From an uncultured Methanomicrobiaceae archaeon (GTDB lineage Archaea; Halobacteriota; Methanomicrobia; Methanomicrobiales; Methanoculleaceae): DNA of 64,000 nt. Location: NCBI GenBank assembly GCA_963826525.1, contig CAWGXH010000003.1, positions 256,001 through 320,000 on the forward strand, in the 5' to 3' direction. Made by a program: the position numbers and the translations under genes. The notes beneath the pieces are model-generated. The model was not told the DNA's origin. It ran no database searches and was given only the letters and a program-made list of their open reading frames with translations. The stretch's first letter is position 1. Every line of letters begins with the position of its first letter. Of this stretch, positions 41,085 to 52,133 are shown piece by piece.

Positions 41085-41148
41085 TCACTGGTTGACGATA
41101 TGAAGATTGCCGAGAGCATGCCCGGTTGCTGTCAAAAATGAGTATGCG

Positions 41149-42135
41149 TTAGAGTTGGTAGCAGTCGCCGGCGATCACGCGCTCGATCCTGCCGTTATCC
41201 TTCCTGATGATGAGCGCACCGTGATCGTCGATATCGATCGCTTCGCCGTCGAAGGTCTTGCGCATCGTCTTGATCTGCACCCGGTGGTCGAGGGTGAGCG
41301 AGAGGCTCTTCCACTCGCGGATAATGGTCTCGTACTCCTCGCTCTCGAGCAGCAGATAGCGCTGCTCGAACTCTTTGAGCACCCGGGCAAGGAGCGCCAC
41401 CCGGTCGACGTCCCCGCCGGTCTCAGCCTTGAGCGAGGTGACGGTCTCTTTTAAGGAGGGGGAGAGTTCGTCGAGCAGAATATTGGCGTCGATCCCTATC
41501 CCGAGGAGACAGTAGTGGATGGTATCCGCTTCGGCGGAGAGTTCGAGCAGCAGGCCTGCGACCTTCTTATCGCCGATATAGATATCGTTCGGCCACTTGA
41601 TCAGCGCACCGATGTCGTACTCCCGCCTGATGGCGCGGGCGACCGCGATGGATCCGGCCATGGTGATCATAAAAAGTCGTTCGAGCGGGAGATTCGGTTT
41701 CAGCACGATGGTGCACCAGATACCCCCGGCAGGAGACGCCCACGACCTCCCGAGCCGTCCGACGCCGCCGGTCTGCTCCTCGGCGAGGATCACCATGCCG
41801 TGCAGGTCATCGGGGTTGCCCTCGTCGGCAAGTTTCTTCCCTACCCAGGTCGTCGACGCGGTGCGGTCGAAGTAACGCATCTGTTTGCCGATGAACTTCG
41901 TCCGGAGCCTCTTATGGACCTCGTGGGGAAGCAGCAGGGGTGTCGAGCCCGTCAGCCGGTATCCTGCCGTCTGGGACGAGGTGATAGCATACCCCATCTT
42001 CCGGAACTCCCTGATCTGTTTCCAGACGGCGGAGCGAGTGATCCCCAGGCGTTCTGCAATAGTCTCGCCCGATACAGGGCCGCCCGCTTCTTCGAGTATC
42101 CTCAATACATTGAGTGCCGTATCTCTCATGTCCAT
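41149..42135 (-). CDS. birA: Biotin-protein ligase with N-terminal HTH
   Basis: HTH SGETIAERLGITRSAVWKQI; AEEQTGGVGRLGRSW, IKWPND, KKVAG. Confidence 0.93.
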   Translation of the reverse strand: MDMRDTALNVLRILEEAGGPVSGETIAERLGITRSAVWKQIREFRKMGYAITSSQTAGYRLTGSTPLLLPHEVHKRLRTKFIGKQMRYFDRTASTTWVGKKLADEGNPDDLHGMVILAEEQTGGVGRLGRSWASPAGGIWCTIVLKPNLPLERLFMITMAGSIAVARAIRREYDIGALIKWPNDIYIGDKKVAGLLLELSAEADTIHYCLLGIGIDANILLDELSPSLKETVTSLKAETGGDVDRVALLARVLKEFEQRYLLLESEEYETIIREWKSLSLTLDHRVQIKTMRKTFDGEAIDIDDHGALIIRKDNGRIERVIAGDCYQL

Positions 42136-42563
42136 TACCTTTTCGCTGCGGTCGACTCCGTCGGGAGTGGGCAGGGATCAGAGCCGCATACCTGCCGTTT
42201 GATCGTTGCATGGTGTTCCATAAGGCCTGCAATGTCGAAGATACCGGTGACGTCGACGATGCCGATGGCCGCTATTGCATCGCCGTTTCCGTCGCGCACC
42301 GGTGCGACGATAACGGGGACGCTCCGGTACGGCCCTGATGGCGGCGCCACCTTTCTGATGGCGTTGTGGCTCAGAACTTCCTCAAGAATAGGTCCTGAAT
42401 AGCGATCGTCGACGATCTTCCCTTCTTCGATGCGGACGCCCGGATGATCGCGTGATCGCGCCGTCACCGGCAGGCGACCGAGCAGTTCATGGATGCACTG
42501 CATAACCGGCACGAGATCGCGTGCAGTTGACGCAGCAGAAATAACATACTGATCCACGGCCAT
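42135..42563 (-). CDS. Methanogen conserved protein (DUF2111-like)
   Basis: LPVTARS...GVRIEEG...YSGPILEEV...GPY...AIGIVD; family recalled from memory. Confidence 0.65.
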   Translation of the reverse strand: MAVDQYVISAASTARDLVPVMQCIHELLGRLPVTARSRDHPGVRIEEGKIVDDRYSGPILEEVLSHNAIRKVAPPSGPYRSVPVIVAPVRDGNGDAIAAIGIVDVTGIFDIAGLMEHHATIKRQVCGSDPCPLPTESTAAKR

Positions 42564-42589
42564 TCCCCATATTTCCCATAAATTTTAAC

Positions 42590-43168
42590 CTAAAATAAGG
42601 TTTCCCTATCGCCGCAGGAGAACGCCGCCAGAAACGCCCGTGACGGGTATTCGTGGATACTCGTAACGATGACCGTTCCTGCTCCGATATCGCGTTTCAG
42701 GACGATTGGCCTCCCGTCCTCGCCGGATGCAATCACGTCGGCATCGCTCCCGGCAAACGACCCGTCGCACTCAATGGCGCAGGGATCGTACCCCTCGATG
42801 AGAGAGGCATACGGGTTTTGTGCCGCAAACGAGATCGAACAGGGGCCGTAGGTGTGGCGATACCGGACGGTGAACGGCAGCCAGTCATACGCGTCCTGCC
42901 GGTCGTCCCCTGCCCCGAAGACGAGGAGCCTTCCTCCGTTCTCGACGAACCGACGGATACGGCCCTGCGATGCACGGAGGGCGGGCATCAGGTTCGAGTA
43001 CGCGGCGTTCGCAAACCCGGTCGGAATGATGAGCGAGACGAATCGGCCCCGGTAGAAGGGCGATGCGAGCATATGTGGAGTGATGTACTCGCAGCAGGTG
43101 CCGCAGTCCTCGATCAGCCTCCCGAACATAAGGGGAGTATCCCATATCAGGCCGGCTTTGCAGATCAC
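42590..43168 (-). CDS. Conserved hypothetical protein (glutamine-amidotransferase-like fold possible)
   Basis: GTG overlaps the rtcB TGA; LIIPTGFAN...FVENGGRLLVFGA...YDWLP...TSIHEYP. Confidence 0.75.
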   Translation of the reverse strand: MICKAGLIWDTPLMFGRLIEDCGTCCEYITPHMLASPFYRGRFVSLIIPTGFANAAYSNLMPALRASQGRIRRFVENGGRLLVFGAGDDRQDAYDWLPFTVRYRHTYGPCSISFAAQNPYASLIEGYDPCAIECDGSFAGSDADVIASGEDGRPIVLKRDIGAGTVIVTSIHEYPSRAFLAAFSCGDRETLF

Positions 43169-44601
43169 CCCTTGATCACTCCCTGCGGTTCGAGCCTCGC
43201 GACGATCGTCGAGAGGCCTACCCTGTCCACCACCCGGACGACCTCGTTGCTCGGTTTGTAGGCGCCCGGCGCCTCTTCGGCGAGCACCGAATCGGAGTGG
43301 GCGCGGACGACTATCCCCTCCTTCGCGAGCTGCTCTCGAAGATCCTTCCCCGTCATCTCTTTCTTTGCCTGTGTTCGCGAAAGAACCCTGCCGGCCCCGT
43401 GGCAGGTGCTGCCGAACGACCGCTTCATGGCGGTCGCCGTGCCGCGCAGCAGGTACGAACTCGTTCCCATGCTGCCGGGGATGATGACCGGCTGCCCGAT
43501 CTCTTCGTATACCGGAGGGATATCCGGTGCACCCGGCCCGAACGCACGGGTGGCTCCCTTCCGGTGGACACATACCTCCCGCTGCGTGCCGTCGACCGTA
43601 TGGCGTTCGTACTTGGCGACGTTGTGCGCAACGTCGTAGACCAGTCCCATCTCCTCGTACGCAATCCCGAAGGTCTTTGCGACGACATTCCTGACCTCGT
43701 GCATGATTATCTGGCGGTTCGCCCAGGCGTAGTTGGCGGCGCAGGCCATCGCACCGAAGTACGAGCGCCCTTCGGGAGAGTCGATTGGAGCGCACGCAAG
43801 CTGGCGGTCGGGGAGAGATATTCCGTACTTCTTCGTCGCCTTCTCGAGGATCTGGAGATGATCCGTGCAGACCTGGTGGCCGAGGCCGCGTGAACCGCAG
43901 TGGATCATGAAACAGACCTGGCCTTCGGCGATCCCCATCGCCGCCGCCGCCGCCTCGTCGAGGATCTCCTCCGCGACCTGCACCTCGAGAAAATGGTTGC
44001 CCGCCCCGAGCGTGCCGGCCTGCGGGAGTCCACGCTGCCGTGCTTTTGCGCTGACGGCATCCGGGTCGGCGTGCTCCATCCTCCCCTGCTCCTCGGAGTG
44101 GACGAGGTCGGAGGCCATTCCGAACCCGTGCTCGACGCACCAGCCTGCGCCGTCCGTCATCATGGCGGTCAGGTCCTTGTTCGAGAGTTTGTGGGCGCTC
44201 TTGGCGCCGACACCCGTCGGCACGGCCCTGAAGATATCCTCGATGAGTTCCCGTTTCGTTCCGGCGAGGTCATCAAGGGTCAGGGGCGACGTGACCAGCC
44301 GGACACCGCAGTTGATATCGAACCCGACCCCGCCGGGCGAGATGACGCCTTCGGTCATATCGAAGGCCGCGACCCCTCCTATGGGAAACCCGTATCCCCA
44401 GTGAATATCCGGCATTGCAAGCGAATTTCCGACAATGCCCGGCATCGTGGCAACGTTGGCGAGCTGCTGAACCGCGCCCGCCTCCAGCGTTCTGCCGAGT
44501 TCTTCCGAGAGGAAGAAGCGTCCCGGCACCCGCATTCCCGGGACAAAACCGATTGGAACCTCCCACTCGAACACACCCGCTCTCTTCACGCCCTCAATCA
44601 T
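43165..44601 (-). CDS. rtcB: tRNA-splicing ligase RtcB
   Basis: MPDIHWGYGFPIG, VGFDINCG, GTLGAGNHF, IHCGSRG, HRKGAT, CHGAGR, GAYK. Confidence 0.97.
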   Translation of the reverse strand: MIEGVKRAGVFEWEVPIGFVPGMRVPGRFFLSEELGRTLEAGAVQQLANVATMPGIVGNSLAMPDIHWGYGFPIGGVAAFDMTEGVISPGGVGFDINCGVRLVTSPLTLDDLAGTKRELIEDIFRAVPTGVGAKSAHKLSNKDLTAMMTDGAGWCVEHGFGMASDLVHSEEQGRMEHADPDAVSAKARQRGLPQAGTLGAGNHFLEVQVAEEILDEAAAAAMGIAEGQVCFMIHCGSRGLGHQVCTDHLQILEKATKKYGISLPDRQLACAPIDSPEGRSYFGAMACAANYAWANRQIIMHEVRNVVAKTFGIAYEEMGLVYDVAHNVAKYERHTVDGTQREVCVHRKGATRAFGPGAPDIPPVYEEIGQPVIIPGSMGTSSYLLRGTATAMKRSFGSTCHGAGRVLSRTQAKKEMTGKDLREQLAKEGIVVRAHSDSVLAEEAPGAYKPSNEVVRVVDRVGLSTIVARLEPQGVIKG

Positions 44602-44610
44602 AGATATCCC

Positions 44611-45018
44611 TCATACATCGAAGAGTACGTCCACTCCATAGGTCTCATTCTCTTTAACAATTCGCAGCCCCGAATAGGAAATTCCCTTGATGATCGTCCC
44701 CCCGGCGTGTTTCGCAGGGTCGAACGGCTCTCCGTGCATTACTGCCGAGACGCTGCCGTCACGGACGTCTATCTCGAACATGCAGAGGACGACGTTCTCG
44801 ACATCGGTGATGAAGAGCAGTTCGGAGAGAAAATCGTGGAGCAGGGAATCAGGGTCGCCTGCTTCGAGCGTGAGCGTCTGCACGATACCGGCATCCTCGC
44901 AGGGGCCGTACATGACGGAGAAGAGGGCACGGGCTGCATCTGCAAAGATCTCGTTTAAGCTCGCGCCCCGCACGCGGACGAGGACATCTGCGGTATGCTC
45001 AAGTTCCTCGAAGGTCAT
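44611..45018 (-). CDS. Archease
   Basis: FEELEHTAD...IKGISY...LFDV, next to rtcB. Confidence 0.93.
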   Translation of the reverse strand: MTFEELEHTADVLVRVRGASLNEIFADAARALFSVMYGPCEDAGIVQTLTLEAGDPDSLLHDFLSELLFITDVENVVLCMFEIDVRDGSVSAVMHGEPFDPAKHAGGTIIKGISYSGLRIVKENETYGVDVLFDV

Positions 45019-45021
45019 GTT

Positions 45022-45291
45022 TCAGAAGTCTTCAAAGAAGATCGGGATCATTCCCTTGTGAATGGTATCGAGGTAGCGCGCCTGGTATTTTGATATATAC
45101 ACGGTATAATCGCCGACGGAAACCACAAGATCCGTTGCCTTTGCCGGTTTCACCGATGTGGGCAGAAGGATGGGGCCGCTGCAGGATGTGCTTACCCGAA
45201 AGTCGCGTTTTCGTGAGAGAATATATGTTCTGACATCCTCCGTGACGAATATCGGATGGTCGGAGGAGTGGCTGCCGGTGTCGCTGTGCAT
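45022..45291 (-). CDS. Conserved hypothetical protein
   Basis: Clean ORF in the operon: DFRVSTSCSGPILLPTSVKP. Confidence 0.7.
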   Translation of the reverse strand: MHSDTGSHSSDHPIFVTEDVRTYILSRKRDFRVSTSCSGPILLPTSVKPAKATDLVVSVGDYTVYISKYQARYLDTIHKGMIPIFFEDF

Positions 45292-45347
45292 GGTGCTCTG
45301 TAAATCTGGTAGTGGAGTTAAAAAATGGTTGTGGTTAGCGGCAGGTG

Positions 45348-45662
45348 CTATGCCGTTCTCAGGATCTGGGTCACGACCTCAAGATACTGATCTTTCATCT
45401 CGTACAATGTGTTTGTTCCCTCAGCGTTCCGTTTTACATGCAGAATTCCAATTCTGGATGCGATGATCCCCACCATGGAGGCGACGGAGTGGTAACTGAT
45501 GCTGAAGTGCTCCTGCAGCTTCTCATGGATCTGTGGGATGGTCAGCGACTTCACCTTTACGAAGAGATTCAACAGTTCGTGTCTGATACCATCCCTGTCC
45601 CGCGAGAGATAACCGTAGAGTCGAGACTCAATCTCTTTTTTGAGCTCAGCGGGCGATCTCAT
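45348..45662 (-). CDS. Methanogen conserved protein (DUF2551-like)
   Basis: RLYGYLSRDRDGIR...SVASMVGIIASRIGIL; family recalled from memory. Confidence 0.75.
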   Translation of the reverse strand: MRSPAELKKEIESRLYGYLSRDRDGIRHELLNLFVKVKSLTIPQIHEKLQEHFSISYHSVASMVGIIASRIGILHVKRNAEGTNTLYEMKDQYLEVVTQILRTA

Positions 45663-45926
45663 ATGTGCTACTATTTCAGTATTTTATATATATTTTTCCA
45701 TTTTAATTATTTAACCCGGAATACGTCTGGAAGCATCCTCTCTGTCTGACATTTCCGCAATGACAATGGAAGAGGGAACATTCTCTCCGTGAAAAACGGC
45801 CGGTTTTGTGGGAAAGGCTCCGGGAGTTCCGGTTGGATATCCGGTTTCCTTAAGCATACGGAATAGATCCGCTGCGAACGGCTACAACTAACCCTTTAAC
45901 CTTTCATCGCTCACTACTACAGGACT

Positions 45927-46778
45927 ATGGCATTTGTCAATTATGACATAAATCGATACACTCCAAAGCAGATGGTGATTCTGCCTCTGGTTATCCTCCT
46001 CATTGCCATGGCGGTGCTCGGTGTCAGCACTATCATGACCGGGATGCCCGTGCAGGCGGGTATCGACTTTGCGGGAGGAACGGCCGTAACCGTCTTTACA
46101 TCCGATAGCAAAGAGACGATTGAGTCGTACTTCTCCGCATATCCGCTGCTCTCGATCGACGAGAGCATCAACAACGGCAGGTACCTGACGTTCGGGCCGA
46201 TGGACGATGCGGAGTTCCGTGCCTTTACTCAGCATGTCATCGAGCGGTATCCCGATGCCGGCATCGACCAGATCGGTGAGACCTTCGGACAGACGCTCCA
46301 GCAGCAGTCACTGATAGCACTGCTCTTCTCCTTCGTCGGGATGTCGATCGTCGTATTCCTCGCGTTCCGAAGTGTCGTCCCGTCGTTTGCCGTCGTCCTC
46401 TCGGCGTTCTCGGATATCGTCATCGCCGCTGCGGGCATGCAGATACTCGGTATCCCCCTCTCGCTCGGGACGACCGCCGCTCTCCTGATGCTGATCGGCT
46501 ACTCCGTGGACAGTGATATCCTGCTGACCTCGCGGGTCCTGAAGCGGAAAGGGAAACTCGATGAGAAACTCTCCGGCGCGTTCCGGACGGGTTTCATCAT
46601 GACGACGACGACCCTCTCGGCGCTCGTCGCCATGTGGGTGGTCGCGACCATAGGGCAGATCCAGATCATCAGCGCGATCGCCGGCGTCCTCATCATCGGC
46701 CTCACCATCGACCTTGTAAACACGTGGCTTCTGAATGCCGGGATCATCAAGTGGTACGTTCAAAGGGGTGGTACGTGA
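45927..46778 (+). CDS. secF: Protein translocase subunit SecF
   Basis: GIDFAGGT, LMLIGYSVDSDILL. Confidence 0.95.
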   Translation: MAFVNYDINRYTPKQMVILPLVILLIAMAVLGVSTIMTGMPVQAGIDFAGGTAVTVFTSDSKETIESYFSAYPLLSIDESINNGRYLTFGPMDDAEFRAFTQHVIERYPDAGIDQIGETFGQTLQQQSLIALLFSFVGMSIVVFLAFRSVVPSFAVVLSAFSDIVIAAAGMQILGIPLSLGTTAALLMLIGYSVDSDILLTSRVLKRKGKLDEKLSGAFRTGFIMTTTTLSALVAMWVVATIGQIQIISAIAGVLIIGLTIDLVNTWLLNAGIIKWYVQRGGT

Positions 46779-48244
46779 TGAACAGTGATATACTCGGTAA
46801 ACTGCTGCGGGACTGGCGCGTTGCACTGATGCTCGTGCTCGTCATCGCTTCCCTCGTTGGGATCTATCTCGCACCGCCGGCCTTCCAGAACGGTCTCGAA
46901 GGCAACCTCCAGTTCGGCCTCGACCTCGAGGGCGGCTCCTGGCTGCAGCTTGAGTTCCAGTCGGTGATCGTGGGTTTTACGAGTGATCGCCCGGTCGATG
47001 AACTGGCCGCCGACCTTCAGCAGCAGCTCGATACCGAGGTCTTCGTCCTCGAAGACGGGCAGCACCTCGAGATCCGGAAAGACATACCGCGTTCCACTCT
47101 CGAGCCGGTCTTCACGGCCTCGGGAGCGACGCTGACGACGTACCAGATGGGCGTCTCGGAGGGGACGGCCGAGACCGTCAAGCGCATCCTCGAAGAGAAG
47201 GTCAACAGTCTCGGAACCCAGGATGCCAAGGTGAACCTCCTGACGCCGACCGGCAGTGACTACCCGGAGTACGTCCGTGTGGAACTTGCGGGCGTGGATA
47301 TGGCCACCGCGCAGGAGATCGTCGGGAAACAGGGTAAGTTCGAGATACGCATCCAGACCACCGGGAACGAGACGACTCACGTCCTCTTCGGTGACTCCAT
47401 CACCAGTGTCGGCTCGCCGAGCCAGAACCCGCGGGGCAGCAACAACTGGGGCGTGGGGTTCACGCTGGACGAGGAGGGCGCCGCGGCGTTCCGCCAGGCG
47501 GCGATAGACTACGGTGCGGTGAGCGACCCAAAGAGCCACGAACTCCTGATGCTCCTTGACAACGATACGGTCTACAGCGCCCCGCTCGACCCTGAACTTG
47601 CCGCACAGCTCCGCTCCCAGCCCGTCAGACAGCTCTCCGCCTCGACCGGGTACGGCGATGAAGGCCTCGAAGAGGCTATGGCGCTTGAGATCCACCTCCG
47701 TGCCGGTGCGCTGCCGGTCGATGTGCAGATCGTCGGCTCCGGTTCGGTGCCGGCAGCACTCGGCGAGCAGTTCAAGATAACGAGCCTTCTTGCCGGGCTG
47801 CTTGCGCTTGCGGCTGTCGGCGTTGTCGTCTACTACCGCTACCGGGAGCCGTATATCGTCATTCCGATGCTTGCCGTCAACCTTGCGGAGATCATCATCC
47901 TGCTCGGTATCGCGCGATACATCCAGCAGCTCGACCTTGCCGCGATCGCCGGGTTGATTGCGGTGCTCGGAACCGGTATCGACCAGCTCGTCATCATCAC
48001 GGACGAGGTGGTTCACGACGGGAAGGTTCCCTCGCCGAACCTCTACATGAAGCGCTACGGCAGGGCGCTCGGGATCATTGCCATTGCGGCGTCGACGATG
48101 TTCATCGCAATGCTCCCGCTGGCGCTGATGGATCTCTCCACCCTGCGTGGATTTGCCATCATTACCATCCTCGGCGTGGTGATCGGCGTGCTCGTCACGC
48201 GGCCCGCCTACGGGAAGATTATCATGGCAATCCTCTCCAAATAA
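46778..48244 (+). CDS. secD: Protein translocase subunit SecD
   Basis: LQFGLDLEGG, HLRAGALPV, GTGIDQLVIITDE, LRGFA, TRPAY. Confidence 0.95.
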   Translation: MNSDILGKLLRDWRVALMLVLVIASLVGIYLAPPAFQNGLEGNLQFGLDLEGGSWLQLEFQSVIVGFTSDRPVDELAADLQQQLDTEVFVLEDGQHLEIRKDIPRSTLEPVFTASGATLTTYQMGVSEGTAETVKRILEEKVNSLGTQDAKVNLLTPTGSDYPEYVRVELAGVDMATAQEIVGKQGKFEIRIQTTGNETTHVLFGDSITSVGSPSQNPRGSNNWGVGFTLDEEGAAAFRQAAIDYGAVSDPKSHELLMLLDNDTVYSAPLDPELAAQLRSQPVRQLSASTGYGDEGLEEAMALEIHLRAGALPVDVQIVGSGSVPAALGEQFKITSLLAGLLALAAVGVVVYYRYREPYIVIPMLAVNLAEIIILLGIARYIQQLDLAAIAGLIAVLGTGIDQLVIITDEVVHDGKVPSPNLYMKRYGRALGIIAIAASTMFIAMLPLALMDLSTLRGFAIITILGVVIGVLVTRPAYGKIIMAILSK

Positions 48245-48660
48245 CCTCATACAATACCCTCTTTTTCGTGACTGATTCCGCATTATCAGGGTTTAGCTGC
48301 CAATGCGCCGCTTCCGGAGGGCACGGGGATCGGCGATCATCTCACTGAGATCGACCGGATCGTGGGCACGCCCAATTCCCGGGCTATCGCATCGGGAGGA
48401 GGGTTTCCCCCTCCTGCAAAGGGAAACGATCTCCGGTATGCATCCGTCAACGGTACGGCAACCGATATGCCGAACGTCTCTCTATCCGGGTGCGACATCG
48501 ACAGTCTCATATCGGATCGGTGCAGATGATACGAGTCCTAACCGAGAACACGCGTTTAGTTGGTGAAATTCGAAACGCGTTTGTCACGTCGCAGTTATCT
48601 GGCGAACAACAACCTTTATGTGCCCGTTCACCAACAAGATGTGTGAAAGGGGTACTGAAC

Positions 48661-48948
48661 ATGGCAAAACCTGTTTTGATGGACTTTTATGCAGAATGGT
48701 GCGGCCCGTGCCGCCAGCAGACGCCGATCATCGACCAGCTCAAAGAGAGGATGGGCGAGCGTGTGGAGATCCGGAAAGTCGACGTCGGTGTCGACAGCGC
48801 CGAGACGCGGCAGTATGCCTCGAAGTACGACATCCAGTTCGTTCCGACGATCGTCATCGAGAAAGACGGTAAACTCGTCGAGAAACTCGTGGGTGTCCAG
48901 GACCTGGAGCGACTCGAAGGGATCTTAACGCCGCTGGTGGAGCAGTGA
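48661..48948 (+). CDS. Thioredoxin
   Basis: DFYAEWCGPC, VPT. Confidence 0.93.
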   Translation: MAKPVLMDFYAEWCGPCRQQTPIIDQLKERMGERVEIRKVDVGVDSAETRQYASKYDIQFVPTIVIEKDGKLVEKLVGVQDLERLEGILTPLVEQ

Positions 48949-49597
48949 GGATCGGCATCATCGGAGGAACCGGGGATATCGGAGAGGGGATGGCGCTCCG
49001 CCTCTCCACCGACCCACGAGGTCGTCGTCGGTTCGCGTGAAGCGGAGAAGGCCGTCGCGTCCTGCGCCGCCTGCGAGGCGATGCTCACGGAGCGGGGGAT
49101 CGGAGTGCAGTCTCCTCGGCGTCGCCAACCAGGCCGCCGTCGACGCGGCCGATATCATCGTGCTCGCCCTTCCGTTCAAACACGTTGCAGCGACGCTCGG
49201 ATCGCTCTCCGGGTTCGAGGGCAAGATTGTCGTCACCCCCGTCAATCCGATCGAGCGGTCGACCCACTTCTACTACGCACCGCCGCCGGAGGGCTCCGCC
49301 GCCATGATGGTGAAGGGGATGCTCCCGGAGAGCGCCACGGTCTGCGCCGCCTTTAACAATATCGCCGCGAAGAAGTGGAAGATACTCGACGAGGTGCTCG
49401 ACTACTCCGTCGCCGTCTGCTGCGACGACGAAGGGGTGAAGCGCCGGGTGATGGATCTCGTGAACGGGATATCGGAGCTCAAAGCCTGCGACGCAGGCCC
49501 GCTTGCGGCCGCATCCATGGTGGAGAGCGTCACTCCCCTGCTGCTCAATATCGGGCGGCTCAATAAGATGAGAGACGCCGGCGTCCGGTTCATCTAA
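48945..49597 (+). CDS. npdG: NADPH-dependent F420 reductase; frameshifts near 49000-49110
   Basis: GTG start, then RIGIIGGTGDIGEGMALRLS...VVVGSR...EGSAA...AAFNNI...VESVTPLLLNI. Confidence 0.9.
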
Positions 49598-50005
49598 ATT
49601 TTCAACTTCTTTTCAAAAGACTCCGATGCCCCGGAGCGGTGTCGCACTCTTCGGGGGTGTGGGTTAGAGGGCGTCCAACAATGTCCCCGCGAACCCGGAC
49701 GGAGTGCCGATACACGATTGTCCGGAGTTTGTCCCGGGACTCTCCGGCAAGAGGGGGCTCTGCCCGCTCCTGCACCCTCCCCCCGATGCGATAGCAGGAT
49801 ACGGCTGTGTTCGCTGGCCCGGCATATCTTGCAGTTCTATCTGCCGGTGCAGTGATTTACGAGTACTTCGGTCGGAATCGATCTCCGATGACCGAACGTC
49901 TGCGGGGTCTGCTCCTTTAAGGACAGCGGGTACGTGCCGAAATGAAATGCCATAAGAGCTTTGCCCGCCATACCGTAGATCAGCGAGGAAGACCCCTCGC
50001 GAGGT

Positions 50006-50555
50006 ATGACGAGAATGGACCGTGAGTTTGAACGAATCGGGAAACGCCTCTTCGCGGAGCACCTTGTCGGCGGCAGTTTCGGGAATATGAGCTGCCGGGG
50101 CGACGGCGGATTTCATATCACCCGCAGCGGATCGTACCTGGACGCCCGGGAGATGCCGGTCTTTGTGCCGGACGACGGAGCCGTGCCGAAGGGGGCGTCG
50201 AGCGAGTACCGGGTGCACCGGGAGGTCTACCGCAGGAGCGGCCATCGTGCCATTGTCCACGCCCACCCGGTGCACGCGGTCGCGCTATCCTTCGATACCG
50301 ATCGTATCGTGCCGATCGACAGCGAAGGAGAGATGCTCTGCCCCGCGATCCCCGTCGCCCTGGGCATGCCGGGCAGCGACGAGATCGCGACGTGCGTGGC
50401 GGAAGCCCTCGCCGGAGCGCCAATCGTCGTCGTCAGAGGTCACGGGACGTTTGCCGGCGGAAAAACGCTCGACGAGGCGTACCTCTACACCTCCGCTCGC
50501 AGAGTATGCCTGCCGGATTCTTCTCTTATCGGGGAGGTTTCGGGGGTCGCAGTAA
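50006..50555 (+). CDS. Class II aldolase/adducin family protein; frameshift near 50495
   Basis: GNMSCR, ASSEYRVH, AIVHAHP, VRGHGTF. Confidence 0.88.
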
Positions 50556-51450
50556 CTCGATCTCCCGGATAGGCTCCCGGTGAAACCCAAGGATCATGTC
50601 GCTGATGACGCCGAACATGAATATCTGAAACCCGATCGTGATGAGGAGCATCGTCAGCACCGTCAGGGGAAGATGCTCGATGTTCTGGAACCATTCGTAG
50701 ACGACATAGATGCCGGTTATGCCGCCCAGGATGGAGATGAAAAGCCCGATAATCCCGAAGTAGAAGATCGGGTTGTTCATCTTTGCGAGCCGGTATATCG
50801 TCGAGAAGATCCGAAGCCCGTCCTGAACGGGATTCAGTTTCGTCTCGGTTCCTGGCCGCTTGAGATACTGGATGGGAACGACCTCTGATCTGCTGCCCGT
50901 TTCGCACCGCCTCGACCGCCATCTCGGTCTCTATCTCGAAACCCGCCTCGGTCAGGTTCATCTGGCGGGCGGCCTCGAGGGAGAACGCCCGGTAGCCCGA
51001 GAGGATGTCGCGGAGGTCTCGCCCGTGCGCGAGCCGGAACATCAGGTTCAGGAGACGGTTGCCGATGAGGTTCAGCCGGGTAAGCGCCCCGTCCCCGGGA
51101 TTTTCGAGACGATCGCCGATGACGTGGTCGAATCCGAGGAAGAGCGGGTGGAGCATCTTATCGGCATCGGCCGGTGCGTAGGTGCCGTCGCCGTCGAGCA
51201 TGAGCGCGTAGGGCTGGTCGATGTACTCCAGCGCCTCGATGATGGCGTTTCCCTTCCCCTTTCCCGACTGCTGCCTGACGGTCGCACCGGCTTTTTTTGC
51301 AATATCGGGAGTGCCGTCGGTGCTGTTCCCGTCCATAACGAAGATATGGTGAAAACCCATCCGCTGAAACGTCGTGACGAGCTCTCCTATCGTCGGCGCC
51401 TCGTTCAGCGTGGGGATGAAGATGCAGACCTCATCTTTCTCGATACTCAT
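50526..51450 (-). CDS. aglJ: GT2 glycosyltransferase, AglJ-like; frameshift near 50890
   Basis: IPTLNEAPTI, DGNSTDGT, GKGKG, LDGDGTY, DILSGYRAF, FEIETEM, two C-terminal TM helices. Confidence 0.85.
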
Positions 51451-51487
51451 CGGTATAGTAATATGAATTTTTATCATAAGGGCTTGC

Positions 51488-52054
51488 ATGCACATTGCCA
51501 AAAAGGGTCTGCGGGTACTCGGAATCGCCGAGAGTTTCTCCGGACGCGAGCGCTCGACCCTCGCGGGCATCGTGATGCGCAAGGATCTCCGGATTGACGG
51601 AGCGGCGTTCGCAACCGTCACCGTCGGCGGCATGGACGCGACAGAAGCCGTCCTTCGGATCGTCCGTGTCCTCGACCGGCGGGACATCAATCTCATCATG
51701 ATCAGCGGCAGCGTGATCGCCTGGTTCAACATCATCGATCCGGCAGCGGTCATGGATGAGACCGGACTCCCCGTGATCGTCGTCACCTACGAATCGTCGG
51801 AAGGTATCGAAGAGGACATCCTGCACCATTTCCCGGGCGACCCTGCGAGGCTCGCCGCGTACCGGAGGCTCGGGGGGCGGACGGCAGTCGATCTTCGCAC
51901 CGGCCACACGATCTATATCCGGCCGCACGGCATCGCCCTCGCCGATGCCGCCCGGCTCTGTGACGACGTTACCCTGGACGGCAAAGTTCCCGAGCCCATC
52001 AGGGCGGCACGGCTCGTCGCCCGGGGCACGATGCGGTCGGGTATCTGCGGGTGA
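51488..52054 (+). CDS. DUF99 family (endonuclease V-like fold) protein
   Basis: RVLGIAESF, TVGGMDAT, AWFNIID, KVPEPIRAA. Confidence 0.85.
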   Translation: MHIAKKGLRVLGIAESFSGRERSTLAGIVMRKDLRIDGAAFATVTVGGMDATEAVLRIVRVLDRRDINLIMISGSVIAWFNIIDPAAVMDETGLPVIVVTYESSEGIEEDILHHFPGDPARLAAYRRLGGRTAVDLRTGHTIYIRPHGIALADAARLCDDVTLDGKVPEPIRAARLVARGTMRSGICG

Positions 52055-52133
52055 GGCATATAGGTGGTCTGTGAGAAAAAGAGTCATACTGGTGTAGTAT
52101 GGATTGGTCTCATTTCCAGGGGGTCTTGAGAAG

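Noticed and set aside
35109-45018. Intron-containing tRNA near rtcB and archease as a special system
   Set aside because: rtcB-archease pairing and tRNA-Met introns are ordinary in Euryarchaeota, and 8 kb of unrelated biotin/pyc genes separate them.
48550-48580. Inverted repeat acgcgttt...aaacgcgt upstream of thioredoxin
   Set aside because: Single occurrence with 8-bp arms and no identifiable cognate regulator.
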